DNA from: Octopus vulgaris | Lineage: Eukaryota | NCBI GenBank assembly: GCA_951406725.2 | Contig: OX597828.1 | Span: 26,102,001 to 26,166,000, forward strand | Direction of reading: 5' to 3' | Length of the DNA stretch: 64,000 nucleotides | Shown: piece after piece, positions 41,661 to 55,057 of the stretch | Position numbering within the stretch: the stretch's first letter is position 1 | Layout of the letters: the number at the start of each line of letters is the position of its first letter | Translations under genes and position numbers: made by a program | Notes under the pieces: generated by a model | Seen by the model: only the letters and a program-made list of their open reading frames with translations | What the model was told of the DNA's origin: nothing | Databases searched by the model: none

Positions 41661-42697
41661 AAGGCGACGCGAGCTAACAGAACCGTTAGCACGCCGGTCG
41701 AAATGCGTAGCCGTATTTCGTCTGCCGTTACATTCTGAGTTCAAATTCCGCCGAGGTCGACTTTGCCTTTCATCCTTTCAGGGTCGATAAATTAAGTAGC
41801 AGTTACGCACTGGGGTCGATGTAATCGACTTAATCCGTTTGTCTGTCCTTGTTTGTCCCTTCTGTGTTTAGCCCCTTGTGGGTAGTAAAAGAAATAAATA
41901 TTTCATCTGGCGTTACGTTCTGAGTTCAAATTCCGCCGAGGTCGACTTTGCCTTCCATCCTTTCGGGGTCGATAAATTAAGTACCAGTTACGCACTGGGG
42001 TCGATGTAATCAACTTAATCCGTTTGTATGTCCTTGTTTTGTCCTCTCTGTATTTAGCCCCTTGTGGATAGTAAAAGAAATAAATATTTCGTCTGGCGTT
42101 ACGTTCTGAGTTCAAATTCCGTTGAAGTCGACTTTGCCTTTCATCCTTTTGGGGTCGATAAAATTAGTACCAGTTACGAACTGGGGTCAATGTAATCGAC
42201 TTACCCTTCTTACCGCAAATTTCAGGCCTTGTACCTATAGTAGGAAGGATTATTAGATTATTAGAAAGGATTATTATGATTAAAGTTATTATTAAGGCGG
42301 CAAGTTGGCAGAATTGATAGCATGCTATATAAATGCTTACAAATCCTTCTTTACGATCAGAGTTCAAATTTCGCCTCGGTCGACTTTACCTTTCATCCTT
42401 TCGGGGTCGATAAAATAAGTACCAGTGAAACACTGGGTCGATGTAATCGCCTTGTCCCTCACAAAGTGCAAGCCTTGTATCAAAGTTTGAAAACATTATT
42501 ATTACTGCAAACTTGTTAGCATTTCAAATATGCTTGAGCCACGTTCGAACCTGTGAGAGTACAAATGCCACCGGGGTCGTCCTTGTCTTTCATCCTTTCG
42601 GGGTCGATGAAAAACAACCAGTTAAATACTGGTGTCCATATAATTGACTTAGCCCATCCTCCGGTCAAGATTGCTGGCCTTGTGCTAAAAATAGAAA
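41661..42697 (+). mobile_element. Head-to-tail cluster of five SINE family C units
   Basis: Units at ~41661-41897, 41898-42085, 42086-42250, 42294-42495 and ~42570-42697, each with the CTTTCATCCTTTCGGGGTCGAT core. Confidence 0.85.
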
Positions 42698-42869
42698 TGA
42701 TTATATTTATTTATTATGATGGCTAGTTTTTTTTTCCTCTTTTATCACCATCATCGTCATCATCATCATCGTCATCGTCACAATATACATATTCATCGGC
42801 CGCATCAGCGTCGCCACCGTCATCATCGCCGTCATCACCGTCATCACCGTCATCATCATCATCATTAGT

Positions 42870-43180
42870 AGCAGCTGTAGTGGTTTGGGTGTTCGGCTCG
42901 CAATCGTAAGATCGTAAGTTCAATTCCAGCCGGTGCATTGTCTCCCTCAGCTTTATTTCACGTTAACCCAGTCCACTCAGCTGGCAAAACTGAGTTCTGC
43001 TTGTATTTCAAAGGGGGCCTGCCCCGTCACATTCTGTGTCACGCTGAGTCTCCCTGAGAACTACGTTGAGGGCACGTGTGTCTGTGGAGTACTCAGCCAC
43101 TTGCATGTTAATTTCATGGGCAGTCTGTTCTGTTGATCGAATCAATTGGAAGATTTGTTTTAGCAGCTGATGAAGTGCCA
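42870..43180 (+). mobile_element. SINE family B2, diverged
   Basis: Aligns to 51708-52032 (CCAGTCCACTCAGCTGGCAAAA...GAGAACTACGTT...CTCAGCCACTTG). A 5' fragment also lies at ~19780-19940. Confidence 0.75.
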
Positions 43181-43192
43181 GTGTGTGTGTAT

Positions 43193-43251
<59 letters not shown>

Positions 43252-43253
<2 letters not shown>

Positions 43254-43292
43254 CTCCTGATGAAGCTAATGAGCAGAGATCTGGATCAAGCA
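43252..43292 (+). ncRNA. Decayed type-I hammerhead motif
   Basis: TGCTC CTGATGA A GCT AATG AGC A GAGA TCTGGA TC AAGCA. One core substitution (GAAA>GAGA) and one stem-I mismatch. Confidence 0.45.
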
Positions 43293-43464
43293 ATTCCGTG
43301 AAGGCTGCTGGGCGACCTTTGCCACTTGAAGCTATTTTTCTGTGTTTTAAAGACTATACGTGTAAACGAGATGGTTTAGAAGGCTTTGAATAGTATATAC
43401 GATTTAAGTATGCATACGGATCGCTAATTCTGAATGCTGCTTTCTCCACTAATTATGAATATAT

Positions 43465-44080
<616 letters not shown>

Positions 44081-44391
44081 ATATATATACATGTATGTAT
44101 ATATATACATATATACACGCACGTACACACACACACACACGCACACACAAGTGTATATAAATGTATAGATATATAAAATTTACTCTTCACCAAACCCACA
44201 TAATGGTGCGACTGTCGTGAAACCAGGATTTTCAACACTTGAAGAATTTCGGCATTGATCTGGAACTCGACAGTGCTGTTAGCCCAGGATTCGGGTTCAG
44301 TACTTCTCTGGAAATATCCTACCTCTACACCCTGCCAGGGCCAAAGATATGTGTGTGCGCGCGCGCGTGCATGTGTGTGTATACGTGGTAT

Positions 44392-44778
44392 ACTCTTTTC
44401 TTTTACTCTTTTACTTGTTTCAGTCAGTTGACTGCGGCCATGCTGGAGCACCGTCTTTAGTCGAGCAACTTGACCCCAGTACTTATTCTATCGGTCTCTT
44501 TTGCCGAACTGCTAAGTGACGGGCACGTAAACACACCGGCATCGGTTGTCAAGCAATGGTGGGGGGACAAACACAGACACACAAACATACACGCACATAT
44601 ATATATATATACATATATACGACGGGCTTCTTTCAGTTTCCGTCTACCAAATCTACTCGCAAGGCATTGGTCGGCCCGAGGCTATAGCAGAAGACACTTC
44701 CCCAAAGTGCCACGCAGTGGGACTGAACCCGCAACCATGTGGTTGGTAGGCAAGCTACTTACCACACAGCCACTCCTG
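44392..44778 (-). mobile_element. SINE family A with ~20-bp internal deletion
   Basis: Matches the family but lacks GGGACTTATTCTTTGTAAGC. Further fragments lie at 45015-45155 (+), ~45320-45675 (-), 40367-40440 (-) and 46925-47128 (-). Confidence 0.88.
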
Positions 44779-45274
44779 ATAGATGTTTATACATCTATTT
44801 TCCTGGTTATGATTGGGAAGCACATTATACACGCTGACCATGGAATCATTAATGATATACGACTAAACCCTTTTTAAAGGAATCTCTCCTATGTTCATTC
44901 TTTCAAACTCGGTGCGTGTGTATATTTTGCTGAACTAGTTTGACTTTAGAGTCCCCTTACAACGTATAGCTTTACTTATAGTAATAACCTTTGATATAAT
45001 TATGAATCTTCTAGCGTTACTTAGCGGTTCGGCAAAAGAGACCGATAGAATAAGTACTGGGCTTACAAAAGAGTAAGTCCCGGGGTCGAGTTGCTCGACT
45101 AAAGGCGGTGCTCCAGCATGGCCGCAGTCAAATGACTGAAACAAGTAAAAGAATAAGAGAAAAATTATATATTTTGCATTAATTTTTTTTCTTAATTGGT
45201 TTTGCACGCTGGCTACTTGACAAAATCTTATATAGATTGTATCCTTATATTCTATTTTCATATATGTGTGTGTG

Positions 45275-45305
<31 letters not shown>

Positions 45306-45400
45306 ACACATGATTACATACGTGAGCGCGAACAAGCCAACAGCAGACGTCAAAGGATTGTCAAGCTGTGGTGAGGGACAAACACATACGCACACACACA

Positions 45401-45432
<32 letters not shown>

Positions 45433-46126
45433 TATAGGTATATACATACATGCATGCACACACATACATTCATGCAGACATACATACATATATGTTCATA
45501 TATGTGTGTATGTATGCTGACGGACTTCTTTCGATTTCCGTCTACCAAATTCACTCACAGGGCTTTGGTCAGCCCAAGGCTATAGTAGAAGAGACTTGCC
45601 CAAGGTGTCATGCGGTGGGACTGAACCCGCAACAATGTGGTTGAGAAGCAAGTTTCTTTACACAGAGTCACGCATAATGTAAATGTAAGTATACTATATG
45701 GTGTATATGTATATACAAACATTTATGCGTACGTATACGTATAAATATTTATACACATATACGCATATATAAGGTACTATTACATTATTGTTGGAAGTCA
45801 CAAAGTCAAAATACTCCATCCACCGCGAGATAAATATCATTTAACAAACACGAGATTTAAATGAGATCTACAATAAGTTTCATGCCTCTGATAATACAAT
45901 AGTCAGACGAGCTTGTGTAGCGTGCCGTGTATTATCGAGCAATCACTCATGCTCAAAGAGTAGCTACATTGTATTTCGAGGCCGAATAATTGCACAATTA
46001 TATACGGCATGTTACACAAGTTCGCCTGATTGTTGCGTTATCAGAGGTTTGAAGTTTATAGTAGCTCACTTTTCAATCTTGTTCATATTGAATGATAAAT
46101 ACATCCATCCATCCGTACATACATAC

Positions 46127-46191
<65 letters not shown>

Positions 46192-46261
46192 CATACATAC
46201 ATACATACATACATACATACATACATACATACATACATACATACATACATACATACATACA

Positions 46262-46812
46262 TGGTGGCTGCACTCTCGTTATCGAGTATGGCCATTGCAC
46301 GAAGCTTAATCAATGTTGTTATCGTGCAATGCCTGTGAAAGAAGACTTTTTTTAAAGTGAGGAAAGGCTGTGCACTGAGTCAATCCCACTCACTAAGCAA
46401 CAGCAGCCATAATCCGAAAAGAAGAACAAGTCAACATCATCGGTAACCACTGAGCCGCAGGTTTTATATCGGAGTTATCCCAGTTACCTGAGTTACCTTC
46501 TCCTAGGAGGATGCCCTAACAAAGGCTAGGAGTTCTTCACTCCCAATGGTTTAACCGCGCATATTCAGTCCGATTATTTCTATGTACCCGCGCATTATAC
46601 AGCCTTAAGACATTTATTGGCTGGCCGTTGACTCTCAAGAGTTCCTCCGCCCTTTGATGGGTTTTGTTTTTCATCCCGCAGGGTGTCTAATAATCACCCT
46701 CCTCACCAATCAAGCTTGGAGGGGTTAACGGTTTAGTCGCAGACGACCCGACCATGCAACAGGTTGTACTGGGTTACATGTTACCAGTAGCACTCGAAAG
46801 TGACCTGACACT
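46262..46812 (-). mobile_element. Non-autonomous RTE-derived element flanked by (ATAC)n
   Basis: Minus strand contains CTAGCCTTTGTTAGGGCATCCTCCTAGGAGAAGGTAACTC, which resembles an RTE 5' UTR motif. Ends in an (ATGT)n tail. No long ORF. Confidence 0.55.
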
Positions 46813-47127
46813 ACATACATACATACATACATACATACATACATACATACATACATACATACATACATACATACATACATAGACAGACAGACATCTACAT
46901 ACATGCATATATACGTATATGTGTTTTCTTTTATTCTTTTACCTGTTTCGGTCATTTGACTGCGACCATGCTGGAGAATTGCATTTAGTTGAACGAATCG
47001 ACCCCAGAATTTATTCTTTGTAAGCCAAAAACTTATTCTATCGGTCTATTTTGCCGAACTGCTAAGTTATGGGGACGTAAGCACACCAACACCGGCTGTC
47101 AAGTGATGGTGAGGGGGACAAACACTG

Positions 47128-47700
47128 ACGCGATTGAGGGTTATGGTTGGTGTGACACGGATGGACAGGATGAGGAATGAGGAGGTGCGAAGGTGAGCCG
47201 AAATGAGGGAAAAACTAACAGCCAAAATGGATAGATGAATGTTGAGGTGGTTTGGCCACATGGAGAGTATGGATGAGGAGCGGATGGTAAGGAGGGTGAT
47301 GAAGGCAGAAGTGGTAGGCAGCAGAACCAGAGTCAGACCTCGGTTTGTATGGATGGATGGAGTGAGGAAAGCTTTGGTGGTTAGAGTTGCTGGATTGAGA
47401 GATGCAAGAGAGTTTATAAATGATAGGAAAGCTTGGAGTGTGTTTGTGGGCGGTTGAGTGAATTTCGTGGTTGCTCAAAGAGGTACGGAAATGGCATGAC
47501 GCAGCGGGGGTAAACCAGCATATGCTGTCGGGCCCCGCTGGTGATACTGGGGGTTGCGTTCTATGCCTTGACCCGAGCATAGAACGGGGATCGCCTCTTT
47601 AAGCTGGGAAATGAATGGAATGCCTGGTGTGGGTCTTGTTGTGGCTACCCCTCCTACAAAATGGGAAATAGAGCTGGGTATATAACAAGGGAAAAATACA
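47128..47700 (+). mobile_element. RTE-clade LINE 3' fragment abutting a truncated family A SINE
   Basis: Reads VTRMDRMRNEEVRR, then LRWFGHMESMDEERMVRRVMKAEVVGSRTRVRPRFVWMDGV, followed by a 3' UTR. Confidence 0.82.
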
Positions 47701-47737
<37 letters not shown>

Positions 47738-47748
47738 GGTGGGGTATA

Positions 47749-47788
<40 letters not shown>

Positions 47789-47881
47789 TATAATATATAC
47801 ATTCAAAATGTGACCGCGTGTGTACCGTTGGCGATTTTTTTCCCCTCCGTCTTCCCTTCTTTGGATCTTTCCTTTTCCTAT

Positions 47882-47916
47882 GTTTCTGACGAAGAGCTCC
47901 GCTCGAAACATTAAAT
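47882..47916 (+). ncRNA. Minimal type-I hammerhead motif in a ~200-bp repeat (~47800-48005) between (TA)n tracts
   Basis: GTTT CTGACGA A GAGC TCC GCTC GAAA CA TT AAAT. Canonical core, related to the A6U family. Confidence 0.62.
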
Positions 47917-48010
47917 CCTCCTTCTTTCCTTCTTTCCTGAGCGTCCAATAATACTATACTTGTTCCACGTCCTCGCGTTGTTGTGTTTTCATGTTTGGAT
48001 TAACTTTATA

Positions 48011-48054
<44 letters not shown>

Positions 48055-48090
48055 AATGTATATACATATATATATATATATGTATATATT

Positions 48091-48142
<52 letters not shown>

Positions 48143-48627
48143 TACATACATATATATATATACATACGTATACGCATATTTACATGCTTGTTTATAGATT
48201 GATAGATAGACTGGGAGATGCGTACATAAATACTTATATACACACATACATAGATATGTGTGTGTGTCAGCGTATGTGAATGCCTATGTGGATGCATTTT
48301 TGCGCACGCGTGCGTGTGTGCGTGTGCTTATGCATGGAATTCTTGTTTTTGCCGGTTTAAAGGCTTGGGGATAATCCTTTTAATCCATATTCAACAATCT
48401 GTCAATACGCTGATTTTTCTCTAGATACTCGTGTAACCGTTGAAGCCTAAGTTATTAAGTATATCAGTGTAAATTATGGTATATAGGCATGTGTGTGTGA
48501 GAGTGCATGTATGTATATATATATATATATATATATACATAGTAATATGTTTATATATATCTATACATATGCATATACTATAATCAATACATAATATACA
48601 CGTACGTACACATACACGCGCACATAT

Positions 48628-48700
<73 letters not shown>

Positions 48701-49987
48701 CTCACGTAAATATGAATAGATATTAGACGAATGCAGGTAACTATGCGCATGCAGGTGTACTTTTATTATAAGTAAGAGTTTTTAAAATTATTTCTCAGAA
48801 CCACGTAAACATATTTAATGTACACGCTTGTTTTTATGCATGCACACAGCTTCATACACATCAGCAGACAGAAAGACAATCAGACACACACACACACGCA
48901 CACACACATATTTGTATATGTATGGATATGAACATATATACTTATACATATGTATAAACATATACACTCATATGCCTCATCTTCTGTATTTGTATGTTTG
49001 AGTGTTTATTCATGTATGCATATATATGTGTGCGTGTGTATTTGTGTGTGTGAACTCACCATCAAATTGTCCATTGAAAATGTATCGGCCACCATATTAA
49101 AAGTACTAATTTAGCCAGGAGGTGTGATAATTTCCGCCAAGTAACGTGCAGAGTCAATGAATCTCACTTTTCTCTCCATGAATACTTATACAAGTATCTA
49201 GAATAAAAAAAAAAACGAAGGGATATTCATCTGCTGAAGCCGTTTGCCTGTTGGCAGACGACCATTTTGTTAGCGGAAGCCACGAATACTTGGGAGAGAT
49301 TCGCGAGAGTGAATGAATCGGAATGTAAATCTCATTGCCTTGTGAAACAAGGTTTATGGCTGCGTAGCTTAGTTCACATGGCACTCTTTATTCCTCCTTT
49401 AATTACCTTAAAATATCGCATGGAAAGGCAAGCTTTTAAACATTTTATTGCCGTCGTTCGAACATCGTTTAAAAGCTGAAATTTTTCTTTCGTAACGAGT
49501 ATTTAAATAAGCCCTAAGAACATACAAAGCACCATTGTATTATACTAAATCTTCAGTAGTATTATAATTATTCAGAATAATGTGTCGTAGAGTGGTAGCA
49601 GTATTGAGATACCAGACGTTAAATTCCTACATTGTTCAGTTTCTACACGGCATGAATTGAGTTCAAATCGCATGAGTTAACTTGACTCGATATACTTTCC
49701 ATGACGATGAGATACAGACATAGAAATCGAGTAATAGATTCGATCGCTTGTGTGTCTTTTTTGATACAAACTTGTTCTTGTGCCAAATCGTAATAAGCCA
49801 TTATTACTTACATCCATTATTGCTCACAACAGGAACAGGGCAATTGAAAATGTCTGCCGAATCAGTAACATGGTTTCGATTGTATTCACGTATCATGTAC
49901 ACAACACACACACATGTATATATCCATAGCATACACACACATATATATCCATAATACACACACATATACATACACACACATACACAC

Positions 49988-50087
<100 letters not shown>

Positions 50088-50340
50088 ATATATATATTTA
50101 AAACATAATAAATAATATTAGGGTAATAAGAATTATAGAAATTATTATTACCAGTGGCCTAGCACAAAAAATTACACTATATATTATTCATATAAAAATA
50201 TCGTGTACATTAAAACACCTTAAGAGGCTTCCAAATAGGAAAGCCTTGTGCTAGAAAGAGCAATAGAAAACTCATGCCACTCATTAGGGATAAATTCTCG
50301 AAAGGAATGAAAATGAAAACATTTACCATCTAATTTAGTT

Positions 50341-50407
50341 CCTAGACCATGGTTTCTGACTAATTTCAGTAAAAAAATATATACTGAGGCCAGTTTTCAT
50401 CAGTAGG
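50341..50407 (-). ncRNA. Type-I hammerhead motif (mirror copy)
   Basis: Reverse complement of 50749-50815 with one stem-II change. Confidence 0.7.
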
Positions 50408-50748
50408 TAGCCTTTAGATTTTAAATATACACACAGCGAGATCTGCATGTGAACTCGCTGCCTGTATAATCTAACTTTTCAAATCCACTGCGCAAATGCA
50501 GTTTATTTCTGGCGACAGAGAGGATGCCGGTAAAATTTCGAACAAATTTATTAAAAAATATTTAAACATAATAAATAATATTAGGATAATAAGAATTATA
50601 GAAATTATTATTACCAGTGGCCTAGCACCCAAAAAATTAGTTAATAGACTATATAATCCACTGCGCAGTGGATTTGAAAAGTTAGAATATACAGGCAGCG
50701 AGTTTACATGCGGATCTCGCTGTGTGTATATTTAAAATTTAAAGGCTA

Positions 50749-50815
50749 CCTACTGATGAAGACTGGCCTCAGTATATATTTTTTTACTGAAATTAGTCAG
50801 AAACCATGGTCTAGG
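50749..50815 (+). ncRNA. Type-I hammerhead ribozyme motif
   Basis: CCTA CTGATGA A GACT ggcc TCAGTA..TACTGA aatt AGTC A GAAA CCATGG TC TAGG. Intact core, GUC site at 50809-50811. Confidence 0.78.
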
Positions 50816-51707
50816 AACTAAATTAGATGGTAAATGTTTTTAATTTTCATTCCTTTCGAGAATTTATCCCTAATTAGTGGTTTGAGTTTTCTACTGCTCT
50901 TTCTGGCACAAAGCTTTCCTATTTGGAAGCCGCTTAATGGGTTTTAATGCACACGATATATATATAGGTCTGTGTTTCGTAAATACTAAACTGAAAACCA
51001 ATACAGTGCAAATCTGACCAAGCAAAAAAATAACCCTTGGTGCAGAGAATGTCTACATGGCCACACGTTCTGATAGAAATGATAGCAACCAAGTCTTCAT
51101 CAAAGCATCACGTTGTATCATACTCAAAAAAAAAAACAAGATAAAACAGGACACATTAGATGCAGTGTAGTACTGGATACAACAAAAAAAAGTCGAGACA
51201 GTCACAACTGAAACGTCTTTGCTCACAGGTTTGCTCGATCACCATCTGACTTAGAGCTAACAACTCACCGGCAACTATGTAATTTACTTTCTTTGACAAT
51301 TGCTGCTTCTAATCCTGATTCCTCACGATAGTTGTAAAGTGCACTTTTGTCAGACAAGCTCTCCAATTTCCTGAGAAAACAGACAAGTGAAAATTCCAGT
51401 GTCCATCTTGACATCCACTTCAGTTGTTAAATCTGCGAAAAAAATATACAAATATCTATAAAAAAAAAACAACAGAAGAAACAAAAAAACTGCATATTGT
51501 CAATCAGAATTGTATAATTACTTCCGAATCTCGTTCGCCAAATCGACCGATCATTCACGCAACAGAAACGTCTTATTTTATTGTTGTTTAGCCCCAGGTA
51601 AGCCCGGATAAAACAGATCTCATGATCAACGATACTACAGATCCGTAGCCATCCTTCCTTTTCCCAAACATAATGCTTGGTAAACGCTACCGTAGTATAT
51701 CTCATAT

Positions 51708-52032
51708 GTGAAGGCGCGTGGCTTAGTGGTTAGGGCATTCGGCTCACGATTGTAAGTTCGTGAGTTCGATTCCAAGCGACGCGTTATGTCCTTGAGCAAG
51801 ACACTTTATTTCATGTTGCTCCAGTCCACTCAGCTGGCAAAAATGAGTTGTACCTGTATTTCAAAGGGCCAGCCTTGTCACACTGTGTGTCACGCTGAAT
51901 CTCCCTGAGAACTACGTTAAGGGTACACGTGTCTGTGGAGTGCTCAGCCACTTGCACGTTAATTTCACGAGCAGGCTGTTCTGTTGATCGTATCAGCTGG
52001 GACCCTCGTCGTCGTAACCGACGGAGTGCTCC
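51708..52032 (+). mobile_element. SINE family B2 (different head and core, same 3' tail as B1), full length
   Basis: A box TGGCTTAGTGG, B box GAGTTCGATTCC, CORE-like GTCCTTGAGCAAGACACTT. TSD ATATCTCATAT at 51697-51707 and 52033-52043. Confidence 0.9.
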
Positions 52033-52252
52033 ATATCTCATATAATACAACCGAACTATATCTTAGAGCATAATACCGTAAATAGACGTACGTTTGGCTG
52101 GTGTTTCGAGTGTCAACGTAAAAGCTTCCTCGTTCTCTCGATACAAACCAATAATAGATACCGGTTCTTAAAGAAGATGATAGAAAACATGAAACTTTTA
52201 AGACTATATATAAATATACATACATACATGTGTGTGTATGTGTGTGTGTGTG

Positions 52253-52289
<37 letters not shown>

Positions 52290-52591
52290 CTAGCCAGTCA
52301 GCCATCTTCTCCGCCCACTGTTCTTAGGATTGTCGTGCGAGTAGATTCCTCAGGCACCTCCTTCTTAAGGTCCCATCAGATTCAACCGTCGTTAGACTTT
52401 CTAGCTGGTTTCCTAAGCATGACCAATTGAGATTATAGATATTATTCAACCATCTTGTTCTTGGTCTACCTCTGAGTCACATGTCGGTTGGTTCGGCTAG
52501 AAGAATCCGTTTTAAGAAATTTACTGCGAAATTCTAATCCCATGTCATAGTCCCGGGGCTTTGATCTCTCAATGAACGCGCTCGCACGCAT

Positions 52592-52658
<67 letters not shown>

Positions 52659-52770
52659 GAACACGGGTATCGGAATGTGTAGGAAATAAATTTTTCCAGT
52701 AAAAATATTAATTTCAAACGAGATGAAAATCCAGAAGGTTATCTTCAGTCGTGGAGTACTCAATATCAAT

Positions 52771-53210
52771 ATGGCGCATGATTGGATGACTGGGAAGAAG
52801 CTTGCTTGCCAACCACATGGTTCCGTGTTCAGTACCACTGCGTAGCACCTTGGGCAAGTGTCTACTACTTTGTGCTAACCAAAGCCTTGTGAGTGGAGTT
52901 GGTAGACGGAAACTTAAAGAAGCCCGTTGTATATATGTGTGTGTGTGTGAGTGTGTGTGTGTGTGTGTGTGTGTTTATATCTATGTGCGCATGTCTTTGT
53001 GGTCTGCGTTTGTCCCCACCATCGCTTGACAATCGGTGTTGGTCTGTTTACATTGCCGTAACCAGGAAATTTGACAAAAGAGACCGATAAGACAAGTACC
53101 GGGCTTTAAAAAAATATAACTCCTGGGGGATATTTGTCTGATTAAAACCCTTCAAGGCGGTGCCTCACCATGGCTGCAGTCAAAGGACTGCAACAAGAAA
53201 AAGATAAAAG
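52771..53210 (+). mobile_element. SINE family A, diverged
   Basis: Collinear with 12331-12745 but with many substitutions. Confidence 0.82.
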
Positions 53211-53302
53211 ATATATACATACATACATACATACATACAAGTATATATATATATATATTATTCGTTTCAGCCAAGTGGCTGCGGTCATGCTGGAGCACCA
53301 CC

Positions 53303-53884
53303 ATGACTTTCCCTCCTTATGCTGTGCTCTTTACACGTTCCTTGCATGGCTCTTCTCCGCCAGCTGATGTAGTCCAATCAAGACTTTCAATGGCAAATCT
53401 GGTGCATTAGAGAATTTGACATCGCTGCCCTCAACTGTGTCTCATTTCGAGCCATCGGTTCGTCTGGTTCATCAGGTATCGTGGATAGGAAAGTGTCGAG
53501 TTTTGTTTTGAAGGCCTCTACATCCAATTTTTTCAGGTCTCTCAATTGTTTTTGGCAGGGCATTAAAGAGCTGAGGTCCTCTGAAACCGAGGCTGTTGCA
53601 ATACCTTGTTCTTATGTGAGATGCAGTGGACGGTACTCTTGGTGCTATGCAGTGGCGACCTGTGTGGTCATTCGTATAGTACTTTATGCCAAAGTTTGGT
53701 ACCAGTCCTACCAGTATTTTCCATATGTAAATTATTACGTATCTCTCCCGTCTGCGCTCCAGGGAGTACAGACTTAGTGCCTTCATCTGCTGGACTGTGG
53801 CGATCTTTTTTGTATAGTGACGCTGAATTGCCTCGAGTTCTGTTGCTAGCTTGATACTGTGTGGTAACCACAACTGAGAGCACA
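53303..53884 (-). mobile_element. CR1/L2-group LINE, decayed 3' fragment
   Basis: CSQLWLPH...ELEAIQRHYTKKI...LYSLERRRERYVIIYIWKIL...GPQLFNALP is typical of the CR1-group ORF2 C-terminus. Confidence 0.8.
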
Positions 53885-53975
<91 letters not shown>

Positions 53976-54305
53976 GCAACAACAATATAAAATATAATAA
54001 ATGTATGTATCTTAACTTGTAAATTAACTAATAAATATTGAAGAATACTAATAGAAATAAAGAAGAGAGGATAAAGAGGGGAGGGAGAATACGAAATAAA
54101 GAAAACGTACAGAAATAGAGAATACGTACAGAGTGCAAAATAGGGAATTTTGATAGATAGACAGAGAGAGAGAGAGAAGAATAGAGATTTTTGAGAGAGT
54201 ATTTTTCAATATTTATTATTTTGTATATTTTTCTATATTTATTAGTTAATTTATAAGATACGTACATTTATTGTATTTTTGTATTGCTTTTATTGTTATT
54301 ATTAA

Positions 54306-54371
<66 letters not shown>

Positions 54372-54387
54372 CACCATTATTATTATT

Positions 54388-54510
54388 ATAGGCCTGATGA
54401 GTAACTATATTTTGAAATATAATTAATTTTAGATCGATTTAGTTTTAATTGAATTGATTTTATTAATATTATCTATTTGAAAATATAGCCACGAAACGCG
54501 CGTAGTCTAT
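54388..54510 (+). ncRNA. Type-I hammerhead motif with ~90-nt AU-rich stem II
   Basis: ATAGGC CTGATGA GT aa CTATATTTT...AAAATATAG cc AC GAAA CGCGCG TA GTCTAT. Intact core, GUA site. Confidence 0.75.
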
Positions 54511-54689
54511 TTATTGGTTTTTAGTATAATGTTTTCTATAGTATATTAAACTTTTTCTATATGGTGTGAATAACGTCTTTCACTATTGAATTGTTTATAC
54601 ATACATTACATATTGCGAAATTTGATTTAGAATTGCTAAATTGAATTTTTCCCTGTAAGTTTGGAATTATATTCCCTACTATTATTATT

Positions 54690-54752
<63 letters not shown>

Positions 54753-54844
54753 GTATATATATATGTATATATGTATATATGTATATATATATCATATATC
54801 ATATAGATATATCATATATTATATATATATCATGATATATATAT

Positions 54845-54907
<63 letters not shown>

Positions 54908-54916
54908 TGAGAGATG

Positions 54917-54963
<47 letters not shown>

Positions 54964-54971
54964 CATATATG

Positions 54972-55003
<32 letters not shown>

Positions 55004-55014
55004 CTTATATGATA

Positions 55015-55057
<43 letters not shown>

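Larger units (their letters stand above)
50097..50959. mobile_element. Penelope-type element remnant: ~297-bp inverted arms plus ~78-bp direct repeat
   Basis: Arms at 50198-50494 and 50662-50959. Direct repeat at 50097-50174 / 50561-50639. Flanked by (TA)n. Confidence 0.8.

Noticed and set aside
41661-42250. Regularly spaced repeats suggesting a CRISPR array
   Set aside because: The units are ~190-bp SINE copies without unique spacers, the context is eukaryotic and there are no cas genes.
49258-49351. Possible short coding exon (AG...open frame...GT)
   Set aside because: Weak donor site, no recognisable protein and no partner exons.
52704-52750. Hammerhead-like CTGAAGA...GAAA TTAA TA on the - strand
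   Set aside because: Stem I has only about 2 weak pairs and could be chance.
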